Assembly: GCA_964469145.1 (NCBI GenBank)
Contig: CAYXXT010000001.1
Coordinates: 1 to 24,232, forward strand
From: an uncultured Methanosarcinales archaeon
Lineage (GTDB): Archaea; Nanobdellota; Nanobdellia; Woesearchaeales; ARS49
Direction of reading: 5' to 3'
DNA: 24,232 bases
The position numbers and the translations under genes were made by a program. The notes beneath the pieces are model-generated. The model ran no database searches. It had not been told where the DNA came from and saw nothing but the letters and a program-made list of their open reading frames with translations. Below, piece by piece: positions 1 through 9,631 of the stretch (its first letter is position 1; every line of letters starts with the position of its first letter).

Positions 1-2084
1 CCTCGGTTTCCCGCGCTTAAGTTTGCGAGGTCAAGTGGGTATGTTGCGTTGACTGCTCCGCTAACGGTGAGGTTGATGGTGGTTGCTTGTAAGTTGCTGC
101 AAGTTGTTCCATCGAAAATGGTTGCTCTGCTCGTTCCTGAGCTGAGTTGGCAGCCTAAGTCGATTCGTGCGCCGCTCGTGCCGAGGAGTGTTTTTCCGTT
201 TGCAATTAGGCCGTCGCCGTTTAAGTCGATGACGAGGTTGTTTGGTGCTGCGAGTTGGACATATGTTTGATAGACTTGTCCGCCAACGACGAATGTTGCG
301 CTGCCAACAGTTCCTGCGTTGGTTTGATTCGTTGCGTTGTCGCTGACAATAGTGTATGATACTTGTCGCGCGCCGGTTGCGTAGTCGGTGAAGTTGAGGA
401 TGCGGTTTACGGTGTCAATTGAGTCGTAGCGTATCGCGTGTGGGAAGCAAGTCGTGGTCAGGTTTTGAGTGCAGGTGCTGACGACGAATGAGTCGCCGAG
501 TGCGATGTTAAATGGTGCGCTGCCGTTTGCGTTGCGCACGCTTTCAGTGTGCCATAAGTTTCGTGTGCTGTCGCCGAACATGAGTGCGCTTAAGCGGACT
601 CCTGCAAGGGGCATGCTGAAGAGTAGGTTTTCTGGTGTTTTGATTTCGAGTCGGTATTCGTCGTTGACTGGTCCTTTGACTGCGACGATGTTTGCGCCGG
701 TGGTCAAGTTGACCAGTTGTACAGGCATGCTGAAGTTGCTAAACGTCACATTATATTGGTAGGTTCCTTGTGGTACGCCTGCGAAGGTGACTGTTCCGTC
801 GCCTGGCGTGACTTGGGTTCCGATGCCGAATAAGTTGACGAGTGCGCCTGCGAGCGCGCTTGCGCTGCCCGGGATTGCGCGAAGGATTTGGAAGGTGACG
901 CTGTGGTTTTGCGGGGAACTGACCAAGAATGATATTGTTTGGTTGCCGAATATTTCTGGCTGGTTTACCGGGAGTGCGCTGACTGCGCGGGTGAAGACGC
1001 TGACGTTGTAGAGTCCGCCTTGAGTGAAGATGTTGCTAAATGAGTATGTCGCAGGGTTTACTGCGTCTGCATTGGGGAAAAGGGTGGTTGTAGTATTCAA
1101 CAGGACTTGTCCGTTTCGCGTAATAGTATAAGTAGCGTCTGTTTGGACGGGAACGATGGTGCTTCCGTTGTTTTGGACGTGGTTGCTGATTTTGTTGTAG
1201 CTAAACGTGACTTCTTTTCCGATTTTGCCAACCGTTTCGTTTGCTTGTAAGTTGTTGACGAGGTTGTAGAATTGTGCTGCGGGGTTTGTGACGGTGAATT
1301 GGCTTTGTGAGGTGGTGTCAATGCTGCTTGCGCAGGCGTTGTCAACGACGCGAACAGTCAATCGTGCAGTATAAGTGCCGTTTGTTTGTGGGATGTAAGT
1401 GAATGCGACAGGCATGGTGCTGTCTGCGATGATTGCGTTGTTCGTGACTGAGCTGAAGTTTTGTTGTTGCGTGTGAATGACGGTTGTGCCGTTCAATATT
1501 TCAAGGGTGACTGTGGTGTCTGCGCCGTAGAATTCCTGAACAATTGAAGGCGGTAAGAAGAGTCCGGGGTAGTTGTTTCTGAATGCGGAATTGGTGGTTG
1601 CGTCAAGTGATGCGCTGGTGCTGATTGCGAGCGGGAGGTTTGGCTGGATGTCATTGGTAAATGAGAGTGCTTGTACGGTTGCTTGGCACGGGTTTGGCAT
1701 CTTGGTGAACGTGCGTGAGACGGTTGCGGTTGCGGGTGCGAAGTTCGGGAGTCCTTGGCCGTTGGTGTGCCAGTTTGAGAATTCGACCCATGGTCTGTAT
1801 CCAGTTGAGGTGAAGAATTCGACATAACCTGAAGGGGACGCGAGTGTGCTTGGGAATCTGATGACGACTTGTCCGTTTGTGGTTGCAGGGCCGGTGATGA
1901 AGCTTCCGGGGAACGTGCTTGTTTGCCCGCATGCAGTGTCTAAGCAGAGTTGTGCGGTTGTGTTAAATGAGGTTGGGACGCCTGGTTGGTTTGCGTAAAC
2001 AAACTGGTAAGTAATGTCTGCTTCTGCAAGCGCGATTGGCGCGAGCAAAAGTGCAAGAAGAACAAAAACGAAGTTTGTTTTCAT
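1..2084 (-). CDS. Large secreted or surface protein with beta-rich, Ig-like character; 3' end lies outside the window (>=694 aa)
   Basis: Absent from the ORF track because no stop is in the window. ATG at 2084 gives MKTNFVFVLLALLLAPIALAEADITYQFVYANQPG (signal peptide). My manual translation stays open in the same frame to position 3 (...VNATYPLDLANLSAGNR). T/N/V/G-rich with many N-x-S/T sequons. Confidence 0.85.
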   Translation of the reverse strand, partial: MKTNFVFVLLALLLAPIALAEADITYQFVYANQPGVPTSFNTTAQLCLDTACGQTSTFPGSFITGPATTNGQVVIRFPSTLASPSGYVEFFTSTGYRPWVEFSNWHTNGQGLPNFAPATATVSRTFTKMPNPCQATVQALSFTNDIQPNLPLAISTSASLDATTNSAFRNNYPGLFLPPSIVQEFYGADTTVTLEILNGTTVIHTQQQNFSSVTNNAIIADSTMPVAFTYIPQTNGTYTARLTVRVVDNACASSIDTTSQSQFTVTNPAAQFYNLVNNLQANETVGKIGKEVTFSYNKISNHVQNNGSTIVPVQTDATYTITRNGQVLLNTTTTLFPNADAVNPATYSFSNIFTQGGLYNVSVFTRAVSALPVNQPEIFGNQTISFLVSSPQNHSVTFQILRAIPGSASALAGALVNLFGIGTQVTPGDGTVTFAGVPQGTYQYNVTFSNFSMPVQLVNLTTGANIVAVKGPVNDEYRLEIKTPENLLFSMPLAGVRLSALMFGDSTRNLWHTESVRNANGSAPFNIALGDSFVVSTCTQNLTTTCFPHAIRYDSIDTVNRILNFTDYATGARQVSYTIVSDNATNQTNAGTVGSATFVVGGQVYQTYVQLAAPNNLVIDLNGDGLIANGKTLLGTSGARIDLGCQLSSGTSRATIFDGTTCSNLQATTINLTVSGAVNATYPLDLANLSAGNR

Positions 2085-2092
2085 GAGCTTGT

Positions 2093-2704
2093 TTATGGGT
2101 TGCCTGTTCCTGCGCCGCCCGATGAGCCGCCGCCGAGGACTGAGGTTCCTGGTCCGCCGCTTGAGCCGCCTGGAGGGACTGGTGCGGCTTGGACGGTGAT
2201 GTTGAGAACTCGAACTGCGCTCAAATCGCCGTCGGTGAGCTGCACAACGTAACTGCGTGCGCCTGGCGTGTCGTTTGCTGGACTGACATAAGTCGCGTTG
2301 CCGGTGGCGACACGTTGTGGGTTCGCAATCGTTTCAGTGAGTTTGGTCACGGTGAAACGGCTGTCGGTTGTTCCCGGAAGCGCTTGGAGTCCGAGCGGTT
2401 GTGTTGGCGTGATGACGCCGCTTACATTTGCGCCTGGGCTAAAATCATCTGTGCCGGTGAGCGGAACGATAAGGGTTTGTCCGACGCCAATGGTGTAGTT
2501 TGCTGCGAGTGCGTCAAGGGTTGGTTGTCCGTTTGGAATTGGTGGTTTGCCTGGAACTTCAACAGTTTGTGTTCTTTTTGAGCCGCCGCATCCGCTGACG
2601 CCGATGCTTGTGCCTGCGAGGATTCCTGCAAGGCCGGTGTAAAGAACTGCTGTTTGTGCGAAGTTTTTCGCAGAATTGTAAATTGAGTTTTGTCTGTTGT
2701 ACAT
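2093..2704 (-). CDS. Putative lipoprotein-like protein with one Ig/cadherin-like domain (203 aa)
   Basis: Hydrophobic stretch ending in a lipobox-like VSGC; NGQPTLDALAANYTIGVGQTLIVPLTGTD ... VQLTDG ... LNITV is typical of an Ig/cadherin-like fold; Gly-rich tail. Confidence 0.7.
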   Translation of the reverse strand: MYNRQNSIYNSAKNFAQTAVLYTGLAGILAGTSIGVSGCGGSKRTQTVEVPGKPPIPNGQPTLDALAANYTIGVGQTLIVPLTGTDDFSPGANVSGVITPTQPLGLQALPGTTDSRFTVTKLTETIANPQRVATGNATYVSPANDTPGARSYVVQLTDGDLSAVRVLNITVQAAPVPPGGSSGGPGTSVLGGGSSGGAGTGNP

Positions 2705-2844
2705 CGTTCGACCCCCGTGGATATGTCTTACTGGGGAATGACAACATACCGAGTATATAAAGTTTTACCTTTTGAGTATTTGAGAATGGTAACAGATGAA
2801 CAATTCAAGAATAGTGGAAAAAATGAAAATGAATAAAAAAAGAG

Positions 2845-3072
2845 TTAGCTTTCGTCTGCCCAAGCGTCTGCTGCTGCGCCTGGTGTGCCGCCGCCTGATT
2901 CTTCAGTATCGTCGGAAGTGTCTTTTTCAAGGTCTTCTTCGTATTCTGAATCTTCGTCTTTTGGAAGTTCTTCAGTCGTGTCTTCGTACTTGTCGTTTGC
3001 GTCGTCTTCTTCTGGCGCTTCGACTTGCGGTTCTTCTACCTTCTTTTCTTTCTTAACCTTTTTTGCAGGCAT
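2845..3072 (-). CDS. Small, very acidic, probably disordered protein (75 aa)
   Basis: SD-like GAGGTGG just upstream of the ATG; 21 nt downstream of rpl15e on the same strand; K-rich N-terminus then a D/E-rich body. Confidence 0.75.
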   Translation of the reverse strand: MPAKKVKKEKKVEEPQVEAPEEDDANDKYEDTTEELPKDEDSEYEEDLEKDTSDDTEESGGGTPGAAADAWADES

Positions 3073-3093
3073 ACAATACCACCTCGTATGTGC

Positions 3094-3660
3094 TTATCGT
3101 CTGCGACTGTGCGCTCGGCGTGATGGCCGTGCTTTTTCTGAACCCATTCCCTTGTGGCGGAGTCCGCGGGTTTTGCGTCCTGCGCTCGTAAGTCCACGGT
3201 AAACTCTGCCTTTGTGTTGTGGCTCTGCTATCCAAGAAGTGCGATTGTCTGCGAGTGTTTGCGGGTGGTTTTTGTCAACCATGATGATTTCGAACCAGTA
3301 GTGTTTTCCGTCGTTATCTGCGTAGTATGAGTTGAGGACTTCGCAGTTCGGGAATGAGTCTTGTGCGCGTTCTTCTGCGATGAGTCGGTAGTTTTTGCGC
3401 AAGTTAAGCCTGATGCCCATGTTGTGGGAGTGTCGTCCTCCGCTGATGTCTGGACGGGTGTGTCCTCCTCGTGCAACACGCTGACGGACCATGAACATGC
3501 CGTCTTTTGCGTGGTAGCCGACTGCGCGTGCGCGGTCGATTCGGGTAGGATGGTCAATGCGTTGGGTGACAAGCTCGCGTCGCCAGAGCATAAGTCGCTC
3601 TTTTCGCTGTTCTTTTGAGACTGATGCCACGTTCTTTTTGATGTACTTATAGACGCCCAT
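3094..3660 (-). CDS. rpl15e: 50S ribosomal protein L15e (eL15)
   Basis: MGVYKY...WRRE...PTRIDRARAVGY.AK.G...RGG...AEERA...PNCEVLNSY...DGKHYWFEIIMVD..HP...RGLTSAGRK.RGL is the eL15 signature; TATA-like TTTAAAAA about 23 nt upstream. Confidence 0.97.
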   Translation of the reverse strand: MGVYKYIKKNVASVSKEQRKERLMLWRRELVTQRIDHPTRIDRARAVGYHAKDGMFMVRQRVARGGHTRPDISGGRHSHNMGIRLNLRKNYRLIAEERAQDSFPNCEVLNSYYADNDGKHYWFEIIMVDKNHPQTLADNRTSWIAEPQHKGRVYRGLTSAGRKTRGLRHKGMGSEKARPSRRAHSRRR

Positions 3661-3712
3661 GAACCAGTCGTGGAGGGTACCCCTTTTTAAAGGTTGTGGT
3701 TGGGTGGGCTGT

Positions 3713-4957
3713 TTAGTGTTGTTCGTCTATTCCGTGTCCGCCAGCGAGCTGGATGAGTTCAATGCAGCGGCGGAATAAATCGTACTCAGAAATGTATGAT
3801 TCAGGAATTCTCTCAGAAAATCGTTTGAGTGTTGATTCTGTTTCTGCGGCATTTCCGTTTTTGAGATGTCCAAGGAGCCAATCCAAGTCGTAGTCTCGAG
3901 TGTCTCCTTTTGGTCTGTACTGGTTGAAGTAATGGTTGAATTGTCGCGTGTCTCCTCTGCCTGCCGCAGCGCGTGCGAGAATCGCGTTTAATTCGACGCG
4001 GCTCGGGTCGTTTGCGAGTCTGGAGTCGGTTTCAAGGTATGTTGTTGCTAAGTCATAATCTCCGTTTTCAGCTGCAATCTGGCCGAGTCGATAGTGCTTA
4101 TCTTCTGCGAATTGTTCTGCGCGGGGATAGTTGCGTGTTTTTGCTGCGGCAGTTGCGATTCTGTTTTGGTAAGGCCAGCTTTTTGCAAGCGCGAGCAATC
4201 GGTCAGTTTGGGCGCAGTCTTTATTCTGTTCTGCGATGACTGCGAGTTCGCCGAATGCGTATTTATCTGGTCTGCTGCTTGACGTGTTAACGTAGTATAT
4301 TGCTTCGTCGTATAATCGTCTTTGCGCGAGTCCTTGTGAAATGTACTTGTGGGCTTTGCTTTTGTATTTTGAACCTGAGTTGCTCGCGTATGTTTCTACG
4401 AGGTCCATTTTGTCATAGAATGCTGCGCATCTTGCCAGTTCTAAGTTGAGATTTGCTTTGTATCGTGTAGTGTTTGTGAAGTGAAGTGCATATTCGTTTG
4501 CGCGGCTGAATTCGTTGTTTCTTGCTGCCTCTCCTGCGAGGTACATTCGTGCCATGTTTGCGCGTTTTGGATGGATTTGTGCAGCGCACGTTTCTGCTTT
4601 TGTGTATCGTCCGAGTTGTGCGTTTAGACGGGTGAGGCGTTCTAAGTCGGATTCTTTTTCAAAGAGACGGGAAACTTGATGGTTGTTTCTTGCCCTGAGT
4701 GCTTCGCGCACTGCGTTTAATTGTTGAATTGCGAGTTCGATCCAGTGGTCGATTTGTTTGTCGACTACGATGACGACTGCGTCGGACGTTTTGTTTTGGT
4801 AGCCGATTCCAAGAGCGGTAACTCGGAGTGGGTGTCCCTCAACAATTTCAGCGTAGCTTTTTCCTGCTCGCGCAAGCTGGGTTACTGTTGCAAGGACTGA
4901 AGTTACTGCTTGGTCTGCTTGTTCTGCTCTTTCTAATGCGCGGGCGCGAGTGTCCAT
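3713..4957 (-). CDS. Alpha-helical (TPR-like) repeat protein beginning MDTRARALERA (414 aa)
   Basis: Start moved to ATG 4957 because a TATA box (TTTATAT, 4981-4987, minus strand) sits about 24 nt upstream. Ala/Tyr-rich helical repeats such as LAGEAARNNEFSRANEYA and LGQIAAENGDYDLATTY. Confidence 0.75.
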   Translation of the reverse strand: MDTRARALERAEQADQAVTSVLATVTQLARAGKSYAEIVEGHPLRVTALGIGYQNKTSDAVVIVVDKQIDHWIELAIQQLNAVREALRARNNHQVSRLFEKESDLERLTRLNAQLGRYTKAETCAAQIHPKRANMARMYLAGEAARNNEFSRANEYALHFTNTTRYKANLNLELARCAAFYDKMDLVETYASNSGSKYKSKAHKYISQGLAQRRLYDEAIYYVNTSSSRPDKYAFGELAVIAEQNKDCAQTDRLLALAKSWPYQNRIATAAAKTRNYPRAEQFAEDKHYRLGQIAAENGDYDLATTYLETDSRLANDPSRVELNAILARAAAGRGDTRQFNHYFNQYRPKGDTRDYDLDWLLGHLKNGNAAETESTLKRFSERIPESYISEYDLFRRCIELIQLAGGHGIDEQH

Positions 4958-5139
4958 TATAGAAAAAGAAAGCGTCCGAAATATAAATGTTGTCCTCAAA
5001 TAGTAATATCACCATTAACGAAAGAACAGCAGGTGTGTTACTGCAGGTGCCACGAGCATGTGCCACTATCTTTAAATACAAATTCGCGGGGGTGTGGCGT
5101 AGTAAATTCAAGAATGAAGAATAAATAATAAAATGTATC

Positions 5140-5952
5140 GTGGTGGTTAATGTGGACGCAAAGCAAAAATATATTGTTGATAGTGTGAAATTGGCAGTTG
5201 CTAATCTTACTGATTTTCTGGCAGAGAAAGAGGCTGACTTCGCGCTTCGTCCTGACCAGCTTGAGGCGCTCACGTTTGTGTTTGGGAAGAAGGACAGTGA
5301 GCCTCGGCTTGATTTGGAAGTGCGTTTAAACAGCAGCATTGCTCCCGATAATTATGCGCTTGGCCGAATTGTCGGGAGGGCGTATCATGAGGCGCACAAT
5401 CCGGAGTTCAAAAAGGCGAAGAATTCTCCGCAGAAAGTGCATGTGGAGCGTATTATCGAGCACGCGTTTGCGATGCTTTATCTTCGTTTAAATGATGAGA
5501 CGTGTGATTTGGATGATGCGGTGAATGATTATGCTTCTGCGAAGGACCCGCCAATCAAATACACGCTGCTTGATGAGGATGTCGACCCGCTTGATGGGAA
5601 GAAGGGGAGTTCGCATGTGAAGCGCGCGATTGATATGGCAAAGGCGGATGAGCGTGCAGAGCGGGCGCGTAAAAGAGAGGATGAGCAGTTCAAAACTTCA
5701 AGTTATAAGGAAAAAGATGATGCTGAAAAGTTTGAGGCATCACCTGAGTCGTCAGCGTATGCGAAGCGTGAGTTGAAGGGTGATGATGCGGTTAGCGGTA
5801 TGCTTGCGAAGATGAAAAATGAGGCGTTCAATACGGCGAAGGCTATTATTGAGGGCAGGGGCGAGGATAATTGGATGAAAACGCTTGGCGCTGCGCTGTA
5901 TAAAGATGTGGATGATGCGAAGAAGTATTTGTCAGGGGTTTTAGGATACTGA
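5140..5952 (+). CDS. Hypothetical protein, charged and helical (270 aa)
   Basis: Long ORF divergent from the preceding gene and convergent with polB; no recognised motif; start uncertain. Confidence 0.7.
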   Translation: MVVNVDAKQKYIVDSVKLAVANLTDFLAEKEADFALRPDQLEALTFVFGKKDSEPRLDLEVRLNSSIAPDNYALGRIVGRAYHEAHNPEFKKAKNSPQKVHVERIIEHAFAMLYLRLNDETCDLDDAVNDYASAKDPPIKYTLLDEDVDPLDGKKGSSHVKRAIDMAKADERAERARKREDEQFKTSSYKEKDDAEKFEASPESSAYAKRELKGDDAVSGMLAKMKNEAFNTAKAIIEGRGEDNWMKTLGAALYKDVDDAKKYLSGVLGY

Positions 5953-5962
5953 AAAAAATAAG

Positions 5963-8374
5963 CTACCAGCCGCCAAGCGTGCTCTGACTCGTTGTCGCAA
6001 CCAAATCGTCAACATTAATTCCTAAGACGGCAAAGATGCGTTCAACGCCGGGGAGTATTTGGTTCTGTATATAGTATTCGCCGTCGTATTCGTCTTGGCG
6101 GGCTTCGTCGGGGAGTTTTACTTTGTCGCGGATTTTGCCTTTTCCTTTAACAACAACATATTTCACAATCGTTCCGCTTCCGGCAGCCAGTCCGCGTTCT
6201 TTCATGCGTTGTGCTGCGGCAACGTGCGGTCCAATCGATGAATAGTTCGTTGTTTCTTTTGAAAGAGCAGTATGAATGACAACTTTGTCCATAGGCACTT
6301 TATTGGCGCGCATGTCATTGACGATTCCGCGGACGTATTCTTTTGCTTTTTTGGGGTCTTGTTCTTTCAAAACTATTTCGATGACTTTTTTCTGGACGTC
6401 TTTTGCGATGAAGCTCCAATTGCGGCGCACTGATTCAAAGCCTTTGATTTTGAGTTCTCCTTTTTCGCCGAGGAGCGCGTATTTTTTCTTCGCGCCGCCT
6501 TCGCCGGTTTTAACGGAGACGAAAATTCCTGATTGGTAGTATCCTTCGTAGTCGAGTTCCATGAGTCCTGGCAATTTCTTATTTATCTCTGCCATGAGTG
6601 CGAGTGCGTCTTCTTTGGTTTTTTTCTCGAGCAGCAAGAACACGCTGTCGGTATCAGAGTAAAGCACGGCAAATCCTTTTTCTTTGGCAGTGTCGATTGC
6701 CTGGTGAATGTACTGGCGCGCCCAAGCGGTTGTGCTTTCTGCGCACTCAATTGAGTACCAGCGTGCGGGTGCGAATCCCATGTATCCGTAGAAGCTGTTT
6801 GCAAGAACCTTCAAGGCTTCGCTTCGCGCGGCAAGGAGCGGGTCTTTGTTTGTTTTCATTTGTTTTTTGACTTCTGCGCGCACAAGAATTAAGTCGCCAA
6901 TAGTGCTTGCGAAGAGTCCCTTCCTCTTCGTGCAATACCTGAATTTGCCGCGGTCTGTGTCAATTGTCGGCCCTTCGGTGCAGCAAGTACAATTCAGCGT
7001 CCCGCGACTAATGTTGTGTGATGCAATGATGCTTGGATATAGTGAGCGGTAGTCGAATACGGTGATGTCCTTATACAATCCCGGCTTTGGCTCATAAACA
7101 AACGCGCCTTGTATTCGGTCAGTCATGCGGTCGCTTTCGTCGCGGTGGTATGGCTTATTCAGAATTATCTCTCCGCGTCGTGATGCGAGGAATATCAAAT
7201 ACCATTCGACGAACATCGAGTAGGGCATGCGGTCGATGTCAAAGGGCGGGAGCCCGATCAGCCGCACGAATTCGAACAATGTCGGCATCAGTTTTGCAAA
7301 CAAGTTGGTGCAGAGTCTGCAGTCTTGTAGGTTATAGACGGCGAATTTGTCGAGTTCTGCGCTTGGGGCGTCCCAGAGTGTGAACATTTCTTCGATGTTG
7401 ACTTTTTCTTTTTGTTCGCCGAGCAATTCTTTAGAAACTGCGTCAAGTGAGAAGCTGTCTGTTTTGAGCGAGCGCGCAATAACGCGTCGAATAAATTTAA
7501 ACAAGTCGATGTGTGGTATTCCCGTTATGCGTGCTTCTTTTTCGCTTCTACCGCCGATTTCCACGCCTGTATTGTCGAGTCCGATTTGGAGCTGGATTTT
7601 TAGGTGTTTTGCGCGTTCTGCGATGTATGGAAAGTCGAAGCCGTCGGTGAAGTAGCCGCAAATCATGTCGGGTTCAAACTGCTGAATCAGTTCAGTCATG
7701 CGTTTGAGCATGTCGCCTTCTGATGCGACAAACTCGACGAATGGCGATGGCGAATCGTATTTTTTCCAGGTTATGACTCGTTCGAGTCCTAAGCCGTGGA
7801 GTCCAATCATGATGATTGGATTTTTTATCATGTCGATTTTGTTATCAGGGTTGTACGTTTCGATGTCGATTGAGAGTATTTTTGGGTTGGTGAGAATTTC
7901 AGTGCTTTCTTGCCAAATTTTTGTTGCGTGAAAGACAGGCACGCGCATGTTGCCGTCGTCCTTTGTCCTTTCGCCTTCAACCTCTGTTTTGACAAGGGGC
8001 GTGATTTTTCTGTCGATTAAGTAGCGCCTGGTGAACAGGATGTCGTATTCGTAGCATTGTATTTTCTTTTCGCGGCATAAGTCTTTTAGCGTGAAGACTG
8101 ATTTTGGCAGGTTGACGTAGACGTGATAGCAGGGGATTGGTGTTTCGTTGAGGTTGCGTGTTGTTTTTTCGACGCGGGTGACGTGTGCGTCGTCTGTTTT
8201 GAGTGCGAGGAGTTCTTCTTCGGTTGCTTTGCCCGTGACGGTAAAATAGGGTTCGAATGTTTGATCAAGCACGCAGATTCGTTTGCCGTCAGTTGTTCTG
8301 CCGAAGAGAAGTATGACTGCTTTGCCGTCTTGGATGCGGTGCGTGATGTCTGTTGGGTAAAAGGTGAGTTTCAC
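5963..8374 (-). CDS. polB: Family B DNA polymerase, archaeal type (about 803 aa)
   Basis: ExoI DIET, ExoII GYFTDGFDFPY, ExoIII YNLQD, motif A DYRSLYPSII, motif B KVLANSFYGY, motif C YSDTDS, KKKYA, C-terminal PIP-box-like QSTLGGW. Likely start is GTG 8374, with TTAAAA about 24 nt upstream; the track's longer start overlaps the upstream gene. Confidence 0.97.
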   Translation of the reverse strand: MKLTFYPTDITHRIQDGKAVILLFGRTTDGKRICVLDQTFEPYFTVTGKATEEELLALKTDDAHVTRVEKTTRNLNETPIPCYHVYVNLPKSVFTLKDLCREKKIQCYEYDILFTRRYLIDRKITPLVKTEVEGERTKDDGNMRVPVFHATKIWQESTEILTNPKILSIDIETYNPDNKIDMIKNPIIMIGLHGLGLERVITWKKYDSPSPFVEFVASEGDMLKRMTELIQQFEPDMICGYFTDGFDFPYIAERAKHLKIQLQIGLDNTGVEIGGRSEKEARITGIPHIDLFKFIRRVIARSLKTDSFSLDAVSKELLGEQKEKVNIEEMFTLWDAPSAELDKFAVYNLQDCRLCTNLFAKLMPTLFEFVRLIGLPPFDIDRMPYSMFVEWYLIFLASRRGEIILNKPYHRDESDRMTDRIQGAFVYEPKPGLYKDITVFDYRSLYPSIIASHNISRGTLNCTCCTEGPTIDTDRGKFRYCTKRKGLFASTIGDLILVRAEVKKQMKTNKDPLLAARSEALKVLANSFYGYMGFAPARWYSIECAESTTAWARQYIHQAIDTAKEKGFAVLYSDTDSVFLLLEKKTKEDALALMAEINKKLPGLMELDYEGYYQSGIFVSVKTGEGGAKKKYALLGEKGELKIKGFESVRRNWSFIAKDVQKKVIEIVLKEQDPKKAKEYVRGIVNDMRANKVPMDKVVIHTALSKETTNYSSIGPHVAAAQRMKERGLAAGSGTIVKYVVVKGKGKIRDKVKLPDEARQDEYDGEYYIQNQILPGVERIFAVLGINVDDLVATTSQSTLGGW

Positions 8375-8399
8375 GGGGAAATGAAAAGGGCGGGATGTT

Positions 8400-8837
8400 T
8401 TAAGGCTTTGGTGCTGTAAGTTCTGCGATGACTTGGAGGGTTGTTTTGACGGTGATTGGTTTTGCAAGTGCGCGGTTGATGAGTATGATTTGGCTTCCGT
8501 CTGGTTTTTGGACGGTTCGTGTTTCGAGTTCTGCGATGTCTTGTTGGGCGAGGCGTCCGCTGTTGTATACGATTGGTTTTGTGTAATTGTGTTCTATTCT
8601 GAGTTTTTGCGCGAGGTCGAGGCCGTGCATGAGTGGCATGTCGCCGTCGGTCCAGATGAGTTTGCTGGAATCGAGCGTGCGGGTGATGTCTTCTGGTTTT
8701 TCACCGAGGAAGTCTGTTGGTTTGAAGTAGTGTTGAACGGTGTAGCCGCTCATTTGGATGACATCGCTGTAGAGTTCTGCAAGTCCGTCTTCGTCTTCAA
8801 AGAGAAGGATTAGTCCGTCAGCCATATTTAGTATCAC
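8400..8837 (-). CDS. Single-domain response regulator (REC, CheY-like)
   Basis: Acidic pocket LLFEDE, phosphoacceptor WTDGDMP..HG, YNSG, AKP. GTGA overlap with the upstream gene; alternative start ATG 8825. Confidence 0.88.
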   Translation of the reverse strand: MILNMADGLILLFEDEDGLAELYSDVIQMSGYTVQHYFKPTDFLGEKPEDITRTLDSSKLIWTDGDMPLMHGLDLAQKLRIEHNYTKPIVYNSGRLAQQDIAELETRTVQKPDGSQIILINRALAKPITVKTTLQVIAELTAPKP

Positions 8838-9283
8838 CGTTCAGTAGTATAAATACCTTTTGTTTCACGGAACGGAATGTATTCTCGGGAGACTGCAATC
8901 ACTCCTTCGAGTTCAAAGGGTGTGAGTGGTTTTGGGTGGATTGCTGAGAAGACAGGTCCGCGCCAGTTTCCTGAGGTAAAGTCTGGTTTTTGAAACGGTC
9001 TGAACTCATCGGGAGAGCTTCCCGAGTACAAAATGATGTGGCCCTTAAATCCGTGTTCTCGGAACGTGACTGCGGCAGCGGTTCCGTACATGCCGGGCAT
9101 ATCAACATCAGTCCAAAGAAGGTCGACGACTTTTATTCGTTTATCGAGGTCTGGTTTTTGGAAAAAGGCAACAGGGCTCGTGTATCCTTCAACGGCGTAT
9201 CCTGCTTCTTCAAGGAGGATTTTAACCATGTCAAAGGTCGATTTTTGGTCTTCAAAAAGAACCGCGTGCGGTTTGTACGTCAT
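8834..9283 (-). CDS. Single-domain response regulator (REC, CheY-like)
   Basis: VLFEDQ, WTDVDMPGMYG, LYSG and PKP motifs. Confidence 0.88.
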   Translation of the reverse strand: MTYKPHAVLFEDQKSTFDMVKILLEEAGYAVEGYTSPVAFFQKPDLDKRIKVVDLLWTDVDMPGMYGTAAAVTFREHGFKGHIILYSGSSPDEFRPFQKPDFTSGNWRGPVFSAIHPKPLTPFELEGVIAVSREYIPFRETKGIYTTER

Positions 9284-9359
9284 AAAGTTGGGTTCCCATC
9301 AGGTGATTGATAAGGCTTTGCTTTATTTATAATTTATATAAATGCCATTCAACTCTACG

Positions 9360-9419
9360 AACAACAAACAACGAACTACCAAAGAACTACCAACAACAAA
9401 CCATCAACCACCCGTTAGC
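9360..9419. repeat. Degenerate heptamer array (AACNNNN)
   Basis: AACAACA AACAACG AACTACC (AAAG) AACTACC AACAACA AACCATC AACCACC CGTTAGC, in the divergent intergenic region. Confidence 0.75.
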
Positions 9420-9449
9420 TATATATAATGTGGGCGCGAAAAGTGAGTT

Positions 9450-9596
9450 ATGAGCGTGCATAAAGGGGTGCTGCCAACTGAAACAGCATTCAGCCAGCGT
9501 TGTCCAAAGTGCAAGAAAGCAACGTGCCAATTCGAACCAGAATCAAGCAGCATCAAGTGCAGTTCTTGCGGCTACGAAGTAAAGCTCACAGTCTAA
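9450..9596 (+). CDS. Small zinc-ribbon protein (48 aa), not in the ORF track
   Basis: MSVHKGVLPTETAFSQRCPKCKKATCQFEPESSSIKCSSCGYEVKLTV; CPKC-x15-CSSCGY; TATATATAA at 9420-9428 about 22 nt upstream. Confidence 0.8.
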   Translation: MSVHKGVLPTETAFSQRCPKCKKATCQFEPESSSIKCSSCGYEVKLTV

Positions 9597-9631
9597 CGAC
9601 AAACAAGTAAAGACAAACAGAGGTAAACAAG

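Noticed and set aside
5963..8374. polB as a viral or casposon polymerase, or containing an intein
   Set aside because: Cellular-type motifs with a PIP box, normal length, uninterrupted motifs A, B and C, and no integrase, capsid or terminal repeats nearby.
9351..9419. AAC-rich tract as a DGR template repeat (also 16601-16663)
   Set aside because: The period is 7 rather than 3, I see no alignment to the 3' ends of the paralogues, and no reverse transcriptase is in the window.
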